Virus record (IMG/VR): IMGVR_UViG_3300008219_000008
Location: 1 to 58,183 of that record
Source: a virus
Lineage: Duplodnaviria > Caudoviricetes
Strand: one strand, 5' to 3'
Length of the DNA stretch: 58,183 bases
In this document: piece after piece, positions 38,242-47,815 of the stretch
How the letters are laid out: each line of letters starts with the position of its first letter
Numbering within the stretch: the stretch's first letter is position 1
The notes under the pieces: generated by a model
What the model was told of the DNA's origin: nothing
The model's input: the letters and a program-made list of their open reading frames with translations, nothing else
Database searches by the model: none
Position numbers and translations under genes: made by a program

Positions 38242-39282
38242 TCACCCCGCGACAATATCTCTCGGTGGGTTGTTCTCATACGTGTGTCCAGAATATAGAT
38301 TACCCTGTACATTATATTTCCACGCTAAATAACCTTCTATCTTTTCTTTAACATCATCATTAATATCAGATCCTGCACCCAAGTCATCATTCACAAATAT
38401 TATTTCATATATAACACCATCAAATTCATCACTAAATGAAACACCAACTGCATCACCTATCCCTGGTTTTTGTGAGTGATCTAAATCTGATGTATCAGCA
38501 GACAAGGCAGTTGTTTCAGTAGCAAAGTTATATGACCTTATCCACTGTTTCGAAGTAACTGATTCAGGTGGACCTGTACCTCTACCAAAACCTATAATTT
38601 GAAAACCATCAGAACCTGTATTCATTCGAACAAGTAGTTCATTGTTAGCCATATTAAATGTTGCAGAAATGTTAGAGCCTGACCAATCGGCTTCAAGAAG
38701 AAAGCGACTCTTCTGATTTTTAGCAACCACAGGTTGTTTCTCATCGCTATCCGTTTGTAGAAACGCTACATAGCATAGGAAATTTGATGTACCTACATTC
38801 CATGCAGCACCAGATGATCCCCGCATAACATCGTTAGTACCATCAAACTTTAAACCATTGAAATTTCTATGGCTAGTGTTTCTAAGAAACACAGGCATCT
38901 TTGCAAGATCGTTTTGCTCAAAGCCACCAGTGCCAAGAGTGGTTGCATCTCCATCAAAACCTATTCTATTATTAGCCCACACACATTTAGTTTCATCCGA
39001 TGATTCGGGATGAAAATACTCTGGCAGTATCCATGATTCTATATTAGTAAGGTTTTCTGGTGTCCATACTGGACCAAGTATCTTTGTCCACTCATGATCC
39101 CAGGATTCTGGTAGATTATATCCTCTATTAAAAAGTATTTCATTACGCATAGATATTATATAATCTCTAGTACCCCGACCTAGCATAGTTGTTTTATTCT
39201 GTTTTAATGCGCAGTTATTCTTAGTAACATCATCTGATGATCCTATTATATCTAAAGAAAATAATTGATCATTATTCTTCAT
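38242..39282 (-). CDS. Concanavalin A/LamG-like domain virion protein
   Basis: LKFDGTNDVM; FDGVIYEIIF; IEGYLAWKY motifs. Confidence 0.75.
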   Translation of the reverse strand: MKNNDQLFSLDIIGSSDDVTKNNCALKQNKTTMLGRGTRDYIISMRNEILFNRGYNLPESWDHEWTKILGPVWTPENLTNIESWILPEYFHPESSDETKCVWANNRIGFDGDATTLGTGGFEQNDLAKMPVFLRNTSHRNFNGLKFDGTNDVMRGSSGAAWNVGTSNFLCYVAFLQTDSDEKQPVVAKNQKSRFLLEADWSGSNISATFNMANNELLVRMNTGSDGFQIIGFGRGTGPPESVTSKQWIRSYNFATETTALSADTSDLDHSQKPGIGDAVGVSFSDEFDGVIYEIIFVNDDLGAGSDINDDVKEKIEGYLAWKYNVQGNLYSGHTYENNPPRDIVAG

Positions 39283-39292
39283 GATTTACTCC

Positions 39293-39703
39293 TTAAATAT
39301 AAGCAAAAAAGAATTTTAAGTTGCCTGTTGTTCCTACACTAGTGTTGGTGCTATTAAAATGAAGTCTAAAGTTAGGTATATACACATCTGTTAAGTCTAC
39401 GAAATATGGTTTTACCTCTACAGTATTTGGTTCAGTATCAGTATCTATCGATGTGATTGTAATCCAGTCTGTACCATTGTGTGATCCCTCTAGTATTAGC
39501 CTAGCAGCAACATCGGAATAGGCAGCCGTAATTTCCACACCCATAATAATTTTTTTGTTTTCAATTGCATCAGCTGAGGGTAAAATAATGGGGCTAGCCA
39601 AAGAATTAGTACTGACTGATAAGTCGGTTGACGCAGCAGTAGTTCTAACAGTATAGCCATTAACTGTAGTGGTTGCAAAGACGGGTGCTGTTTCGATTGC
39701 CAC
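39293..39703 (-). CDS. Beta-rich virion decoration-like protein (136 aa), paralog of the termini of the upstream gene
   Basis: GTG start with AGGAGG; LEGSHNGTDW motif shared with 39714-40949. Confidence 0.75.
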   Translation of the reverse strand: MAIETAPVFATTTVNGYTVRTTAASTDLSVSTNSLASPIILPSADAIENKKIIMGVEITAAYSDVAARLILEGSHNGTDWITITSIDTDTEPNTVEVKPYFVDLTDVYIPNFRLHFNSTNTSVGTTGNLKFFFAYI

Positions 39704-39713
39704 GAGTCACCTC

Positions 39714-40949
39714 CTATTTATATAAGTAAAAGAATTTAGATGTTCCACTTGTACCAACACTTAAGCCAGTGCTGTTACATATCATTCTCCAAAATGGAAC
39801 ATAGGTATTAGTTAAATCTGGATAGTATGAATGAACTCCAGTACTTCCAGGGAATGTTGAGTCTAGTATAGTAATATCAACCCAGTCTATACCGTTATGT
39901 GAGCCCTGTAGTTTAAGATCTGGATCTATACCACCAGTAAAGTTCACAGCAGTCATGCCAGCCCCTAAAGGATCTGTTAAAGCAATAGTAGTATTGCCAG
40001 AAGAACCACCCACTGATTGGGTAATATTAATCTTGGTATTATCAACACTATCTATCTCAGCATCGTATCTATCTAGCCCGTTTATAGCGGTCTTTAAGTT
40101 TGTTGCTGTAACGGCGTTTGATGTTGCAACTTGAAATTCAGCAAAGGCACCAAACTCGGAATCCGTAGTAGTTGTTGTTGAAGCTACTAGAAGGTTAGTA
40201 TATCCACCATCAGCTGCTGTTAAAACTATCTGATGAGTTCCTCCGTCTACACCACCAGCAAGTTTTCCACTTGCAAGTGCGGATTCATTGACAAGAACTG
40301 TACCGACTGTGTCTGTAAGTGCAATGTCGTTTCCATTAATACCAGTATTATCTGCGGTTAGAGTAGCGTATGTCTCTATACTTGCAGTACCATTAGATGC
40401 TGTAAGACCTTTAACGCCAAGCGTGTTTGTAAAACTAGACCCAAATTTTACTTTTGAAGTATCAGTAGTACCATTAATTGCGAGTTTTAAGTTAGCAATT
40501 TTAGCAGCATCACCACTCGGATCAAGATACCAATGAATCTGATTTGCAGACGGGGTACTTCCCATCGAATTTCTAGCCATAATTGTAGCAGTAACGTCAC
40601 CAGCGTATCCGCCAGCATCTTCAGGAACAAGAACAGTGAATGCATCATTATGATAAACAGTTCCACCTGTGATTGCAAGTGCATCTGTCGCTGCTGCTGC
40701 AGATGCAACAGGGTAAAGATTAAGATAGCTAGTAACTGTTATACTACCCGTACCTTGAGTACTACCATAATCATCTACTACAGTAACACCCATAATAGGT
40801 TTATTATTTTCAATAGGATCTTGATCGGCAAATATTCTTCCACTTACTAGACTTGACGTAGCCGATGTAATACTAGACTCAGCAGAGTCTCTAGTATAAT
40901 AACCACCAGAAGTACTGTTACTAAAGGGACTAGCTTGTTCAATACCCAT
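39714..40949 (-). CDS. Virion structural protein (411 aa): the 136-aa-type domain split by an insertion of about 280 aa
   Basis: T/S/G/A-rich. Both termini align with the downstream paralog. The insert has two AxNLKxAING motifs. Confidence 0.75.
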   Translation of the reverse strand: MGIEQASPFSNSTSGGYYTRDSAESSITSATSSLVSGRIFADQDPIENNKPIMGVTVVDDYGSTQGTGSITVTSYLNLYPVASAAAATDALAITGGTVYHNDAFTVLVPEDAGGYAGDVTATIMARNSMGSTPSANQIHWYLDPSGDAAKIANLKLAINGTTDTSKVKFGSSFTNTLGVKGLTASNGTASIETYATLTADNTGINGNDIALTDTVGTVLVNESALASGKLAGGVDGGTHQIVLTAADGGYTNLLVASTTTTTDSEFGAFAEFQVATSNAVTATNLKTAINGLDRYDAEIDSVDNTKINITQSVGGSSGNTTIALTDPLGAGMTAVNFTGGIDPDLKLQGSHNGIDWVDITILDSTFPGSTGVHSYYPDLTNTYVPFWRMICNSTGLSVGTSGTSKFFYLYK

Positions 40950-42541
40950 TAGATACCACCTCCCATTGATGCCATTGCCTCTTGAATACCCTGACCACCA
41001 GTAGCTTCTATATCCTGCATTGCTGCTTGGAGACCGCCTTCAGTCACAGCTTGATTAACCATTTTTGTACTGTCGGCGGAGCCTTGAATCTGTGCTTGAG
41101 CCTGAGCCATTTCCATCTGTTCATTCTTAACATCTTCTTCACTCTTGACCCATTGTTCAGCATTGAATCCTAAGGAGCTGATAAGTGCACGACCATACTC
41201 ATCCCACTTGAACATAGCAGCAGCTACTTCAGGTAGGTTACGTACCATCTCACCCATCTGCATGAGTTTTTGTAGATCAGAATCTCTAGATAGAGCCTGT
41301 AGGCCTGTGATAATAGCCACACTGAGTATACCCTCTTCTGTAAACATTTCCTGTAGGCGTTCATCCACTTCAGCATTAGTAGTCATAAGGAATACTGTAC
41401 GTTTAACGACAGGTTCCATAAGATCTCTAGCAATAGCGGAGAATGCACCACCAAGTACATGCTCTAACTCTTGACCAATCATGCGTACAGCAGTAGCTGT
41501 CACACGTTCGCCCTGAGGCATGCTAGCAGAGTCTAATAAAAATGCTCTGCCTATTTCTTTTCTAAGTATCTCTACACCAGTTTGTGTTGATTGTATCTGA
41601 GGATTCATAGTAGCGGCTGGACTTATAGTAAATACTTCGTTAGGTCTACTAGCAACAAAGCCACCACACGGTGTGCCAGCTATGTCATCAACCTCTGTAA
41701 TACCAGTAGGATCTACGCCCTGCCAGAATAAACTAGCAGCAGCAATACCATTGATAAGACCTTCAGTAAATCCTTCTAAAGCTTTGATATCACCTATCAA
41801 ATCTTCACAATGACTACGGGCATAGTTCTCACCAGGAACACCAGACCATCTAAGTAAGATGTAGGGTGAAACAGTGTACTCACCACCACCTTGTAACGTA
41901 TTGCCCTCAGAGTCTTGTTTAGTAACAACATACTTATCTTTATCTACTACTTCCATTCGACAGAAGATTTCTTTATAACCATTCTTAGTATCATATCCAT
42001 CTGAGGCTGACATAAGAATACTATCGTCATCCATAGAACCAGGAAGAGCTTCATATTCTTTATATACAATCTCCTCTACATCTCCATAGACACCTCTTCG
42101 GCATATATAATTATCTAATCTTATGATTCTAAAGTTCATGTCATCTTCCATAATAACCAAAACATCTCCAACAACAATAAGATGTTGCAATGCTTGGTAT
42201 ATAATCTCTCGGAGATTTCCACTGGACAGTTTAGTATAAACTTGTTCACTGAGGTTACTAAGATAACTAACTACTTCAACTTCTGGCTCGGCTCCAGTAC
42301 CCATTTCAAATTTAAAGAAGGGCATATCATTCAGGGGTAGTAATGCACTAAGCATTCTACTAGCCATAGCGGTAACACCTCTTGCTGATACAGAACTAAA
42401 TGGTTGTGGCAACTGATGTTGCTCAGTCCATCCTGCGGGAGGCATAAGGCTTGGTATAGTTAGAGAGGCACAATATCTTGCTCTCTCTAGCTTACTGCTA
42501 CGTAAAGCATCACATGTTCTAAATCTATTGGCTATATTCAT
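40949..42541 (-). CDS. Portal / head-tail connector (T7 gp8-like)
   Basis: ASLTIPSL; SVSARGVTAMASRMLSALLP; GENYARS; ERVTATAVR; ELEHVLGGAFS; ITGLQALSR. Confidence 0.97.
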   Translation of the reverse strand: MNIANRFRTCDALRSSKLERARYCASLTIPSLMPPAGWTEQHQLPQPFSSVSARGVTAMASRMLSALLPLNDMPFFKFEMGTGAEPEVEVVSYLSNLSEQVYTKLSSGNLREIIYQALQHLIVVGDVLVIMEDDMNFRIIRLDNYICRRGVYGDVEEIVYKEYEALPGSMDDDSILMSASDGYDTKNGYKEIFCRMEVVDKDKYVVTKQDSEGNTLQGGGEYTVSPYILLRWSGVPGENYARSHCEDLIGDIKALEGFTEGLINGIAAASLFWQGVDPTGITEVDDIAGTPCGGFVASRPNEVFTISPAATMNPQIQSTQTGVEILRKEIGRAFLLDSASMPQGERVTATAVRMIGQELEHVLGGAFSAIARDLMEPVVKRTVFLMTTNAEVDERLQEMFTEEGILSVAIITGLQALSRDSDLQKLMQMGEMVRNLPEVAAAMFKWDEYGRALISSLGFNAEQWVKSEEDVKNEQMEMAQAQAQIQGSADSTKMVNQAVTEGGLQAAMQDIEATGGQGIQEAMASMGGGI

Positions 42542-42942
42542 TCAGGTCTCTCCTGTTCATCTGCAACTACAGAAACATCTTCTTCATCGCCAATAAACTC
42601 AGTACCAAATGCAAGAGATGCAAACATATCCGCAACACTTGTATCTTTATCTATAGGTTCTTCCATAGTCTCAGCAACATCAGCACCCTCTGTTTCCAAT
42701 CGTTCTAGTTCAGCAAGACGAGCTGATTCTTCTTGTTCTGCCAGCATTCTTTGGCTATCTTCTCTAGCCATACGTTGTTCTTCTTGTAAAGCTAAGAAAT
42801 CTCGCTGTTCTTGATCACGTAAGCTAGCAAGCTCGTTTTCTTTCACAAGCAACGCTTCTCTATCAGCTGCACTCATCCCCCCAGACATACTTGGACCTTT
42901 GTGTCTGAAGTCATGTTCTAATTCCCATTGTATATTTCTCAT
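42538..42942 (-). CDS. Hypothetical virion-associated protein (134 aa) in the gp6.7/gp7.3 position
   Basis: Immediately upstream of the portal; FRHKG..GG N-terminus then an acidic coiled coil. Confidence 0.65.
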   Translation of the reverse strand: MRNIQWELEHDFRHKGPSMSGGMSAADREALLVKENELASLRDQEQRDFLALQEEQRMAREDSQRMLAEQEESARLAELERLETEGADVAETMEEPIDKDTSVADMFASLAFGTEFIGDEEDVSVVADEQERPE

Positions 42943-43670
42943 TGTCCTGGTCTCCTTTGCATTACTTTCTTGTGCTTCTTACGAGCCCGTCTCCAAGGGC
43001 TTTTTCCTTTGGGTTGTTCAGTCATAGGAATACTAGCGTCAGCAGTAACACCAGCCGGTGAACCTAAGTTGGCACTCTCTTTACTGATAGCACTTATCTT
43101 CTGTTTAAACTTAAGGCTTTGTGCTAGACCCTCACCAACCATCTTCTTCTTTTGTGCAACACCCTGTGCAAGCATTTGTTTCTTACCTGCTGCCATCTTT
43201 TTATTAAAAGAAGATATCATCGATTGTATTTTTTTCTTTTGCATATCAGTTTCTTGTTTTATCTGGCGTTTTGCTTTCGATATCTTTTGTTTTGTTTTTT
43301 GACCAGTCAACCGTCCAACACTTGACTTCCATTGTTTTGAAAGCCATCCAAATTCTGGATTCCCCGTCTCAGGATTAATACTATTGGACTCATGACCCAC
43401 AGTATATTGATCCATATCAACATCATGTTTTTCAAAAAGAGACCTAAGCTTTCTCATAGCTATCTCATTACCTATGAGTTCCATAGGAACAACAACTTCA
43501 CCAGGAGTTACATGAGCAAGTAATGTATCACCACCACGACCAGCCTGTTCTTCAGGCGTAGTATCACCCTGATCTAAAGCTGGTTCTGTAGCCCCTTGAG
43601 GTGGACCGCCCATACCCATGGCACCCTGCATCATTGCTTGCTCCATCATGGCTGGATCAACGTTTGGCAT
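42939..43670 (-). CDS. Hypothetical virion/ejection-associated protein (243 aa)
   Basis: GRGGDTLLAHVTPGE...SINPETGNPEFG module that recurs in environmental phage virion proteins, followed by a strongly basic C-terminal half. Confidence 0.65.
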   Translation of the reverse strand: MPNVDPAMMEQAMMQGAMGMGGPPQGATEPALDQGDTTPEEQAGRGGDTLLAHVTPGEVVVPMELIGNEIAMRKLRSLFEKHDVDMDQYTVGHESNSINPETGNPEFGWLSKQWKSSVGRLTGQKTKQKISKAKRQIKQETDMQKKKIQSMISSFNKKMAAGKKQMLAQGVAQKKKMVGEGLAQSLKFKQKISAISKESANLGSPAGVTADASIPMTEQPKGKSPWRRARKKHKKVMQRRPGQ

Positions 43671-43872
43671 TGCTTTTCTCCTTGGTTTGTAGTGTGATTA
43701 TATGTTCAATAGCATTTATGACATCTATCTGACCGCCACGAAATATAGATTCCGTAGCAAAGTCTTCTCGATCATCGTCTTGTTTAAATTCAAGAGGAGG
43801 ATACTTTTTTCTTAGAAACTTTACTAGATCTCTGTCCAGTAGTGGAAGGTTTTTCCAATCTTGCATCAGCAT
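43657..43872 (-). CDS. Conserved small podovirus protein (gp6.5-like position)
   Basis: LVKFLRKKYP...FRGGQIDVINAI pattern; overlaps both neighbours. Confidence 0.65.
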   Translation of the reverse strand: MLMQDWKNLPLLDRDLVKFLRKKYPPLEFKQDDDREDFATESIFRGGQIDVINAIEHIITLQTKEKSNAKR

Positions 43873-43990
43873 CTCCTTCTAATTTCTGTAAGCGTTGATC
43901 AAAACTCTTTACTAACATTAAAACTTCCGAGTCTAGTACTTTAGCATTAAGTCTAAGTTTACGATATATTGTTTCTAAATTATGCATCAT
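43790..43990 (-). CDS. Small hypothetical protein
   Basis: Overlaps the RNR stop; GGAG RBS; start uncertain. Confidence 0.55.
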   Translation of the reverse strand: MMHNLETIYRKLRLNAKVLDSEVLMLVKSFDQRLQKLEGDADARLEKPSTTGQRSSKVSKKKVSSS

Positions 43991-45887
43991 TATAAGCATT
44001 CTCCGTTATGTCTACAACCTCACAAGACCCACCAACACAAGCCAGTGAATGTGAATTAGTTGTAGTGTCCTCTGTTTCAAATTCTTTCAGTAAAGACCAG
44101 TCAATATTGTCTGGAACTTCTTCTATTAATTCTAAATATTGTTCTTCAGTTATCTTTTCAAATGGTAGTTGATCTTGATAACTATGGTCTTCTGGTAAGA
44201 AAGCTATACCTGATACCCATTCCCAATTATCCCATACCCATTGACCAGTACCAAGGAATGTATCATCCGTATAGTACACAGTAATACTTGGCTTATGTTC
44301 ACACCAATATTTCTGATATGTTAACCAAACATTTAAGTGATCAATAGGATTATATGTTTCATATGTTGTGCTCGATGGATTGGCACAAGTAGGAAAAGCA
44401 AAGACTGTAGTGTGTTCTGGATTAGCAGCACACGGTTCATTAGCAACACCAACCGACATCATAAATTGACACAAAGGGTTCTGTGTATCAATACGAACAC
44501 GTCTGATATAATACTCAGAAAATCCTGGGTGTATACCAGATGATGTACCCGCAACACATGACGTAGTACCACTAGGTTTACAACAGGTCACAGCTTTGGA
44601 CTTGTTAATACCCAACTTCTCAGCCCATTCAGCATTAGTATCCTTAACAATTTGCTTTAGTTCTTCAAGAGCTTCATTAAGTTTTCTACTAGGGGTACAC
44701 ATAAATTTATTATCATACACACCAGTAAAAGAAACACCAAGTAGGCGTTCATCTTCACAGTTCTGTTTCCATTCTGGATCAAGATAAGTAAACCTAGTAC
44801 ACGCAGACTGAACAGTACCTAGGATAGCAGCCTTACGTACTTTGTGACGCAATGTAGCAAGGTTATCGTAAGGACGTACAACAACTTCTGATAAATTACA
44901 GAATTGTTTAGGTCTTAGTATGATCTCACTACACGGATTAGTACCCCACTGTGCAGGATTTCTTCCCGCTGCCTCAGCAATCTTATTCATAGCCTCTCGG
45001 TTACAGATACCACGCTCACCTGAACGAGAACTGTGAATAGTCATCCACTCTTCCATGAATCTTTCTAAGCTAGGCTTAGTTTCATAGACAGCAGAGTTAT
45101 TAGCTAAGCCACGTTGACCATTCTGTTCCCACCACGGACCATACTTAGCCTTAGCCATAGCTCTATCATCAAGATCAGACAATGAAATCAAAGCTGATCT
45201 ACGTACACCACCAGAAATAACAATCTCCCCGGTCATGCATACAATATCGTGTACCTCTAGGGGGGTGAGCCTACGTCCTTCAGCAGCGTAGAATAACTTG
45301 ACCACAAACTTGAATAATCTTTCAAGAGGTTCTGGTCCAGAAGCTCTACCGCCAAACGTCTTTAACCTTTCGCCTTTAGGTCGCACAAGGGACATGTCCC
45401 AAGTAGGGTGGAAGCCACCGTATAAAGCAGTTAATAGACCAACGAAGGCATCAGCCCATCCCCGCCTAGAGTCTTGTACTGTTATAATAATTGTATCGTT
45501 CCGAGTAATCTCAGGAACAATAGGCAACTGTTCTATTTCTTTTACTTCGCAGGAGAATCCTACGCCCGTACCAGAGCACAGGATATATAGTATATCAGAA
45601 AAGGATCTAATCGTACTTATGGGTAGGTATGAACAGTTGTATAGGCACGTATCGTCGACCTCTGCCGCAGCCCCTGCCGTCATTAAAGCCCTCATCGATG
45701 GGAAAACTTCTCGATCTAATGTCAATCTCTGTAGTTCGTCCCACTCTTCTCCTATTACACTCGGAAATCTTTCTGCAAAGTAGTCGTAATAACGAGCCAC
45801 GCATTCGTCCCAAGTCTCTCTCCTCCCCAAATCTTCTCGCCACTTACAGTAGCTACGAGCCACCACAAAACCTTGAAATTGATCCAT
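43980..45887 (-). CDS. nrdJ: Class II (adenosylcobalamin-dependent) ribonucleotide reductase
   Basis: PSMRALM; YNCSY; GTGVGFS; GGVRRSA; TNPCSEIIL; FCNLSE; KPSGTTS; C-terminal LACVGGSC. No beta-subunit gene in the window. Start MDQF follows AAGGAG. Confidence 0.93.
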   Translation of the reverse strand: MDQFQGFVVARSYCKWREDLGRRETWDECVARYYDYFAERFPSVIGEEWDELQRLTLDREVFPSMRALMTAGAAAEVDDTCLYNCSYLPISTIRSFSDILYILCSGTGVGFSCEVKEIEQLPIVPEITRNDTIIITVQDSRRGWADAFVGLLTALYGGFHPTWDMSLVRPKGERLKTFGGRASGPEPLERLFKFVVKLFYAAEGRRLTPLEVHDIVCMTGEIVISGGVRRSALISLSDLDDRAMAKAKYGPWWEQNGQRGLANNSAVYETKPSLERFMEEWMTIHSSRSGERGICNREAMNKIAEAAGRNPAQWGTNPCSEIILRPKQFCNLSEVVVRPYDNLATLRHKVRKAAILGTVQSACTRFTYLDPEWKQNCEDERLLGVSFTGVYDNKFMCTPSRKLNEALEELKQIVKDTNAEWAEKLGINKSKAVTCCKPSGTTSCVAGTSSGIHPGFSEYYIRRVRIDTQNPLCQFMMSVGVANEPCAANPEHTTVFAFPTCANPSSTTYETYNPIDHLNVWLTYQKYWCEHKPSITVYYTDDTFLGTGQWVWDNWEWVSGIAFLPEDHSYQDQLPFEKITEEQYLELIEEVPDNIDWSLLKEFETEDTTTNSHSLACVGGSCEVVDITENAYNDA

Positions 45888-45904
45888 TAAGTTCTCCTTT
45901 GTCT

Positions 45905-46654
45905 TTATGACCCAGCATCTGGGCACCATAGTTTAATTTCTTCGTGTTCTAGGTTGTAATCTTCTTTAGTTAGAATCTTAACACACCTAGCCATAACAAT
46001 AGCTATCTCTGGAAAGGGTATATCGCAATCTTCTCTCAGCTTATGCTTATCTTCTGAGTATAGTTCTAAGATATTGTCTTCCCACTCATCTTTATCCCAC
46101 TCGTTTAAGAATTTATCAGCCGTCTTGGGACCGATACGCCACAAGCCAGGGATACCATCAGTAGTATCACCCGTCATCCACTGCTTACAAAAGAATCTAT
46201 AGGCATCTTCTTTAGATACAAACCTAGCATCATCATCTTTGTTGGGATTGTAGTGCCAGCCAGTAGTACCCTGAAGATCCTTGTCTATTGTAACAGCGAT
46301 ATGAGTACCCTCAGAGGCGTATATACCCAAGATATCATCAGCCTCCAGGTTAGGTAGTAACATACACTCGTAATACTCTTGTATCCACTCTCGAACATCT
46401 TCGAGATACTCTGGTTTAAGCAAATCATCTCTATTATCCTTGTACTTAGGCCACTGTTCTTTTCTAAAGTTATCCTTACGTTTACATGATAATGCTACGA
46501 TAACATCCTCGGGTGCTACACCATCAGGTATCCATTCTTGTATTAGACCATCCAGCTTAGCTGGGAAATGATCAGGGTCTTGTGATTCCGCCCAGAATGC
46601 TGTGTGATATACTAAGATATCACCATCTATCATCGCTTTCTTCGGTCTCTTCAT
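45905..46654 (-). CDS. 5'-3' exonuclease (T7 gp6-like)
   Basis: IDGDILVY; NFRK..YKDNR; LEADD; IDKDL; GDTTDGIPG..IGPKTA. Confidence 0.94.
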   Translation of the reverse strand: MKRPKKAMIDGDILVYHTAFWAESQDPDHFPAKLDGLIQEWIPDGVAPEDVIVALSCKRKDNFRKEQWPKYKDNRDDLLKPEYLEDVREWIQEYYECMLLPNLEADDILGIYASEGTHIAVTIDKDLQGTTGWHYNPNKDDDARFVSKEDAYRFFCKQWMTGDTTDGIPGLWRIGPKTADKFLNEWDKDEWEDNILELYSEDKHKLREDCDIPFPEIAIVMARCVKILTKEDYNLEHEEIKLWCPDAGS

Positions 46655-47357
46655 CTTCTTCTAACTCCTCTAAGTTTTTATCGTTTAATAATAATAAATC
46701 AATCAACTGTTCTATACAACTAGTCAAGTCATCGATGTGTTCATCATATTCTACTATGAGACTTCCTGTCTTGGATGGCTGAACGCCACACCAAATAGGA
46801 ACCATCACAGATACCTTACGTTCTAAAGCTTCTAAGTTATCTTGGTTCTTAAGTATACAGGAGAATAACTTCCTGTATTCATTAGGACCACTATCAATAA
46901 TCTTAGCTAATTCTTCAGACTCATGTTCTCTCCAATCCTCTTCAGGTATTTCCCTGGAACCATAGGATACAAATATTAAAGTACTAGCATACCTATGTGC
47001 CAGCTTTATCTCGTTCAGATAACGGCAGTCATCCACTATGATACACCTCTCCCAGTACTTACCAGTAGGGTTCTTTCTTTCTTCTTCACGTATTGCCAAT
47101 AAACGCTTTTCGAATTCCTTAACCCAATAGTCAGGATCTTTACGTCGCATCCTAGCACCAATACGTTGGCAGAATCTTCTGTATTTCTTGGGATTGTCTT
47201 CCTTACCTATACCTCTGGACTCAGCTAACTCTTTTAATGGAGTAGCAAAGGACAGTAGCTTAGGTGTAAGCCCAAGCTCATAAGCTCTTTTGGTTATTAT
47301 ACGGGCTAGTGATGTCTTTCCCGACCCAGCCTGTCCAGCAATTACTATAATTTGCAT
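46620..47357 (-). CDS. Deoxynucleoside monophosphate kinase-like P-loop protein
   Basis: GQAGSGKTS; SFATPLK; QRIG..R..DPDYWV; VDDCRYLNE; HESE. Confidence 0.85.
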   Translation of the reverse strand: MQIIVIAGQAGSGKTSLARIITKRAYELGLTPKLLSFATPLKELAESRGIGKEDNPKKYRRFCQRIGARMRRKDPDYWVKEFEKRLLAIREEERKNPTGKYWERCIIVDDCRYLNEIKLAHRYASTLIFVSYGSREIPEEDWREHESEELAKIIDSGPNEYRKLFSCILKNQDNLEALERKVSVMVPIWCGVQPSKTGSLIVEYDEHIDDLTSCIEQLIDLLLLNDKNLEELEEDEETEESDDRW

Positions 47358-47814
47358 TGGTTAACTCCTTATACAATGTCTTGGGTTGTATGTGATCCCT
47401 AACGGGTATACCACACAACCTTAATAAATAACTAGTAATAAGAGCACAAGATGGTGGAAGTACCTTAGGTAATAAGTACCTGCCTACTGTAAACCAGAAG
47501 GCTAAAGATCTTGCATCTCCTATATACGGTGCCCATACGAAATCCATAAGCTGTTCTATGCTCACATTATAAACGCCTAATTTTATAATATCATTAGGGG
47601 GATATATATGTCTATGAAAGTATTCCTCATTAACAAACTTAGCTTTATGAGTTTTATCACAAGCCAATAGTGTTGTTCCTTCCTTCCTATGTAGTATTAT
47701 ACTACAATGGTGGATGTCTGTCAAGGTCAAATACTTAATTAATTTCCCTCTTTTACATTCTGATCTATCATAGAATGCTACGGATACTTCCGCTGGTGCT
47801 AATTCATAACCCAT
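47278..47814 (-). CDS. Permuted papain-like (NlpC/P60 superfamily, YiiX/YaeF-type) enzyme
   Basis: His-before-Cys order: LTLTDIHHCSII...APY...SCALITSYLLRLCG...IQPKTL. Start reassigned to MGYEL just after the polA stop. Confidence 0.65.
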   Translation of the reverse strand: MGYELAPAEVSVAFYDRSECKRGKLIKYLTLTDIHHCSIILHRKEGTTLLACDKTHKAKFVNEEYFHRHIYPPNDIIKLGVYNVSIEQLMDFVWAPYIGDARSLAFWFTVGRYLLPKVLPPSCALITSYLLRLCGIPVRDHIQPKTLYKELTNANYSNCWTGWVGKDITSPYNNQKSL

Positions 47815-47815
47815 A

